From assembly GCA_050250555.1 (NCBI GenBank), contig JBFWOK010000004.1, forward strand, positions 17,526 to 81,525: DNA of 64,000 bases, in the 5' to 3' direction. How positions within the stretch are numbered: position 1 is the first letter of the stretch; every line of letters starts with the position of its first letter. The DNA comes from Limisphaerales bacterium. GTDB lineage: Bacteria; Verrucomicrobiota; Verrucomicrobiia; Limisphaerales; CAIMTB01. Made by a program: the position numbers and the translations under genes. Below the pieces are notes generated by a model, which saw only the letters and a list, made by a program, of their open reading frames with translations, had not been told where the DNA came from and made no database searches. Below are positions 62,701 through 64,000 of this stretch, one piece after another.

Positions 62701-64000
62701 AGAACCAGCCTTTGCGCGACGAACCGGATCCTCACCAACTTCCTCGCCTCGCCCCAGGGTTCGACCAGCCAGCTCCAGGCGGTCTCCCTCGCGACCCCGC
62801 CGGGACTCCCCGGTCAGGTCGGCGCCGCCATCTCCCTGTCGCCCACGAATCCGGTCGCGGTGACGTTCCAGTTCGAGCCCGCGTCCACCACGTTCAGTGG
62901 CGAGCTGCGATTCCGGGACCTGGGCTACCGCGTGCCCGGCTTCGAGGCCCTCGAGTTCGCGGTGTGCCAGGCCCGCCTCGTATTCCCGGCCCAACAGGTG
63001 CCCTACCTGACGAACATCGCCGCCGCGCTCCAATTTCCGCTCCCCCACCAGACGAACATCATCGAAGTCACCGACGGCGCCGCCTCGTTCGCCCTCGATG
63101 GACTGCCCACGGGCACGGTCCGACTACGGACAAATCTCGATTTGTACCGCGAAGGGGACTGGCGCTTTTCGCTGCTCGGAACCGAGAGCGGAATCTGTCC
63201 CGCTGGAACCGGCTTCACCCTCAAACCGGATCCGGCCTTCGACAACCGTCTGACTCTGCGCTTCGACGCGGGCTTCGCCTTCGCCATTCCCGCCAACGTT
63301 CTCTCCGACGCCGCGGGCGGAGCCCTGACCACCGCGGCCTGCGGCTCCCTCTCCGTTCCCGTCGATCGCCCACCTTTCCTCGGGGTCGACTCCCTGGGTC
63401 TGGCGCTCTCCAGCGCGCGCCTCGGCGGAAGCCAGGGTGTCGCTCTCACCAACGTCTCGCTTCAACTGCGCGGTCTCACCAACGTCTTCTCGCCTTCACC
63501 CACCCACCCCTTCGAAGCCCGCCTCGGCGGGACAATCCTCGTGAACGGTGCCGGCCTCGGACTGAGCAATGCCGTCTATCACTTCGAAGGCGACCCTCTC
63601 CCTCGCTTCACGGTCTCCGAACTCGCTGTGATCCAGCCCGGCACCCTCCTCGGGCTGGCCACCGATCTGCCCCTCCAACTGGACGAGGGCCGGGTCCGCT
63701 TCCTCCGCGACGACCTCCCGGTCCCCGCTCTGTTCGCCGCCACGAACCTCGTTCTCACCGTCAGCGGCGGCGTCGCCCTGCCTTCCCGGGACAACCCCGT
63801 CCTCGCCAGTCGCGTCCGGGACCTCGTCATCACCCACCTTCCCAATGGCCAACCCCAGTTCAGCATCGATGGAATCGGTTTCACCGTCGATCTCACCGGC
63901 GTGCTCGGTGACTCCCTCCCGCTCCAGCTGGGCGGCGAACTCTACGTCGGCGGCCTCAATCACCCTCCCAACTACCTCTTCGCCGGCAAACTCAAGGGCA
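56782..64000 (+). CDS. giant secreted/surface protein (over 2,400 aa within the window, 3' end beyond the window). Not in the ORF track because it has no stop in the window.
   Basis: ATG at 56782 and signal peptide FGALAALILLVGGATPGSRAA. Own codon-by-codon reading found no in-frame stop to position 64000. The track lists no + strand ORF in this frame after 56782. Has an Ig-like domain (VRLSVSASDVSGVREVRFL...VRASDNAGNV), a long helical middle, a thrombospondin type-3-like motif at 60841-60954, and a beta-rich distal part. Confidence 0.8.
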   Translation, partial: MALKSPRFRPPPGRHFGALAALILLVGGATPGSRAAEPTEAPAGVRLLPPEPGPGGWRIAWISAPGGVYELQRWDGLEVDPSQRPVWQPAGRIQATDSVAFVDEPAALTGRRFYRIARIDSGPAPDVSPPLLSAFRAELLGVTATSRVRLSVSASDVSGVREVRFLANDSPLGAAQFLAGLWSLEVPLDRINAATHLTVRASDNAGNVASARIDPPRISDTNRRFVALDASGRPVPNNPVALAPGPLPPLRYLPGGAVGPRGSLVVDLPQGAQLITDDDRDVLRFNQAEIRLGRGTALQFDTRSLAPAAPALHAPPTGRTLTPIDGGIRVTSANVLELPIGELTASDLESLLGLAPGEGVPLRVFEQFDLRWHSGVLDDTGIRGGRFAFAGLPVPALSGDYPDHVLPFGEIDEIRLPFHGRYTWPGGGAESPQLQVGPADPGWLTLRPDGSMGWHNRSEIRFPGGGRLRVDIGLDDPLYRFGVFADSVQVPLIGNLADLILPDNPAACLDPGLDAAALTRATGCLEALGLAYFNVSASAVAAAPIPENPDVGGLPLPPDDLDTSVSVLNAWGHRAVAAVGAALPMAPQRELFAHTGQSAAAATDLASAARHRAALARATVALHKGGLSGSADDTAALEAALEEATAAALHRTRSASGVASYSALLETLEALVETQTLLAEADRPPDQNLHAAVGERLQEFLSARLESLEILPSQFSAATDSPVARMNRFTLFQHLHELLDALAQAAVLEIEEIIHVPSDEALTQFAQRLWVLIEAALAESEAADDIHGFLFAFEDLLDLQASRQLSIFPDRPELSGIPMPGTAGFAAIVSRLDALFVADLARPYPERTLNNERVELRRLARILREIPADVTLAAAPFERAHERVNEKLADAAQQPASIHSVGHLVALVEIGILNEQLRRRMDLPEAADWDGTQLPTLIALLAEVGTVQRAWSELNRMRVILLDESRRLAQAGDAQRRRLHLETAFPILVAARDVAVALWESERDRRNLSPLGVADLFLPGDLVIDHAAGAAMGDRHAGWITGGFRGRLGLPKFDGRLEVLNASFDQSGAFDLAVYGSAGFRGATFGISSRQPLTVSHRAPGPIRFQGESFLTLPNGMSFFARMVSDDPTYGFRFEARDLRFELVRELALLRPTLNLAEVSQSADALGQAYLDYFGSLNAGLEGLARQAGDLPEIDPATVGQPPTYRAPQINLPFSELNAWSASVLLTVEQNANRSHALTATSLRQVFQTLHDDAQLAAETLETERQFLELQLDRLAVIRRSAEAFQAADADLLLGQEPDVAALTESARTSVRAEAKLHQQHLAARPPKDLAEASRHITVLLDITASGEVFGASFDDLDEDGFPNETDNCPALWSDAPLPDADSDGLGDACDPAPQDSGVPSLGACRDAARLAGRPRDQAAALLACQVDAELRRLGLDPANGSVAVPALFESFPAEELDYRMIQMLDLRAAATTLGVNEDALAAARIRLRDRLLAQWAGELSAEPGPTPLRQYELVLRITELGSLEGAPPAGLWTEVLRENAPAVRELSDAEIERLGETIEKRRIEREKRLARRLDRAFGRNLDPTTDRIENSRRRGVVGDSLVLLQSFLGGLTPSNAAFRTRIDDFVRHQVETLREGLVDPQFLGARLGEAESMARTLADAAAWVVTTLPAGDPLVEDLRLTLNDFTVQLTPVAEARRAWWLLNRYGRVLDQTLRAHGSTMNSALRASFQDAFAATVLASDRIATAFSTLINAADVEAFKVRLPGDLRVRQVFGGIGYDRASEVWTGDFGGRLEFPEFDKAFFEISRATIATDGSFQISAATGGPLPFGRLRLTTSLQVAGAIGGLQSISGTGLLAVPFNTATNLYGVSVGYDFSEHRFRFDTQADGIEWRLDDDFVLFDGGFGLEFSTAEPDGALTFRGSAGLFARQTPLPTSLQRTNFHLLVTNAAIRLAATTNSLGVALTNGTLILPEFFRTSLCATNRILTNFLASPQGSTSQLQAVSLATPPGLPGQVGAAISLSPTNPVAVTFQFEPASTTFSGELRFRDLGYRVPGFEALEFAVCQARLVFPAQQVPYLTNIAAALQFPLPHQTNIIEVTDGAASFALDGLPTGTVRLRTNLDLYREGDWRFSLLGTESGICPAGTGFTLKPDPAFDNRLTLRFDAGFAFAIPANVLSDAAGGALTTAACGSLSVPVDRPPFLGVDSLGLALSSARLGGSQGVALTNVSLQLRGLTNVFSPSPTHPFEARLGGTILVNGAGLGLSNAVYHFEGDPLPRFTVSELAVIQPGTLLGLATDLPLQLDEGRVRFLRDDLPVPALFAATNLVLTVSGGVALPSRDNPVLASRVRDLVITHLPNGQPQFSIDGIGFTVDLTGVLGDSLPLQLGGELYVGGLNHPPNYLFAGKLKG

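Noticed and set aside
1-64000. CRISPR arrays, rRNA genes or additional tRNAs
   Set aside because: No regularly spaced direct repeats with unique spacers were seen. All tandem repeats found are coding or very short. No rRNA-like or further cloverleaf sequences were recognised.

Overview
This is a GC-rich (judged by eye, not computed) bacterial chromosomal window. The gene content fits a PVC-superphylum organism (Verrucomicrobiota or Planctomycetota-like): a DUF1559/H-X9-DG pseudopilin, FG-GAP/ASPIC, PQQ-propeller and IPT/TIG surface proteins, and an ECF sigma factor next to a polytopic Ser/Thr kinase.

Gene order, left to right:
- mfd (partial, hidden from the ORF track)
- a small Cys-rich membrane protein
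- hsp20, lon, a LolA-like protein and an ABC-2 exporter
- mdh
- an ABC binding protein plus ATPase
- a PQQ propeller protein
- an IPT/TIG repeat protein, a CRTAC1-like FG-GAP protein and a two-domain glycosidase-like protein
- an inserted vapBC cassette, then a secreted hypothetical protein
- a second PIN toxin-antitoxin pair
- tRNA-Arg(UCG)
- a 4.1-kb integrase-less islet (LamG fragment, AbrB-PIN pair, RHH/PIN remnant, DUF4157 polymorphic toxin)
- two secreted proteins
- an ECF sigma factor, a Ser/Thr kinase and a lipoprotein
- a 9.5-kb, seven-gene translationally coupled operon (three glycosyltransferases, an MsbA-like ABC exporter, a fused double kinase-like protein, a pseudopilin-like protein and a membrane protein)
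- a sigma-54 module (candidate -24/-12 promoter, Ig-repeat protein, NtrC-type activator, FecR-TPR-barrel protein, CHASE2 hybrid kinase)
- a LuxR-type response regulator and a PHP phosphoesterase
- a giant ORF of more than 2,400 codons that runs off the right edge and is therefore missing from the ORF track

No rRNA, CRISPR array, transposase or integrase was recognised.

The candidates I rate most worth follow-up are:
- the tRNA-anchored islet with its DUF4157 toxin, which carries an unassigned and apparently lower-GC C-terminal domain
- the recombinase-less vapBC cassette flanked by an ~89-bp duplication that preserves both neighbouring genes
- the coupled glycoconjugate/ABC/double-kinase operon
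- the FecR-TPR-barrel, CHASE2 and sigma-54 signalling module

All functional calls rest on motif recognition by eye. None was checked against a database.
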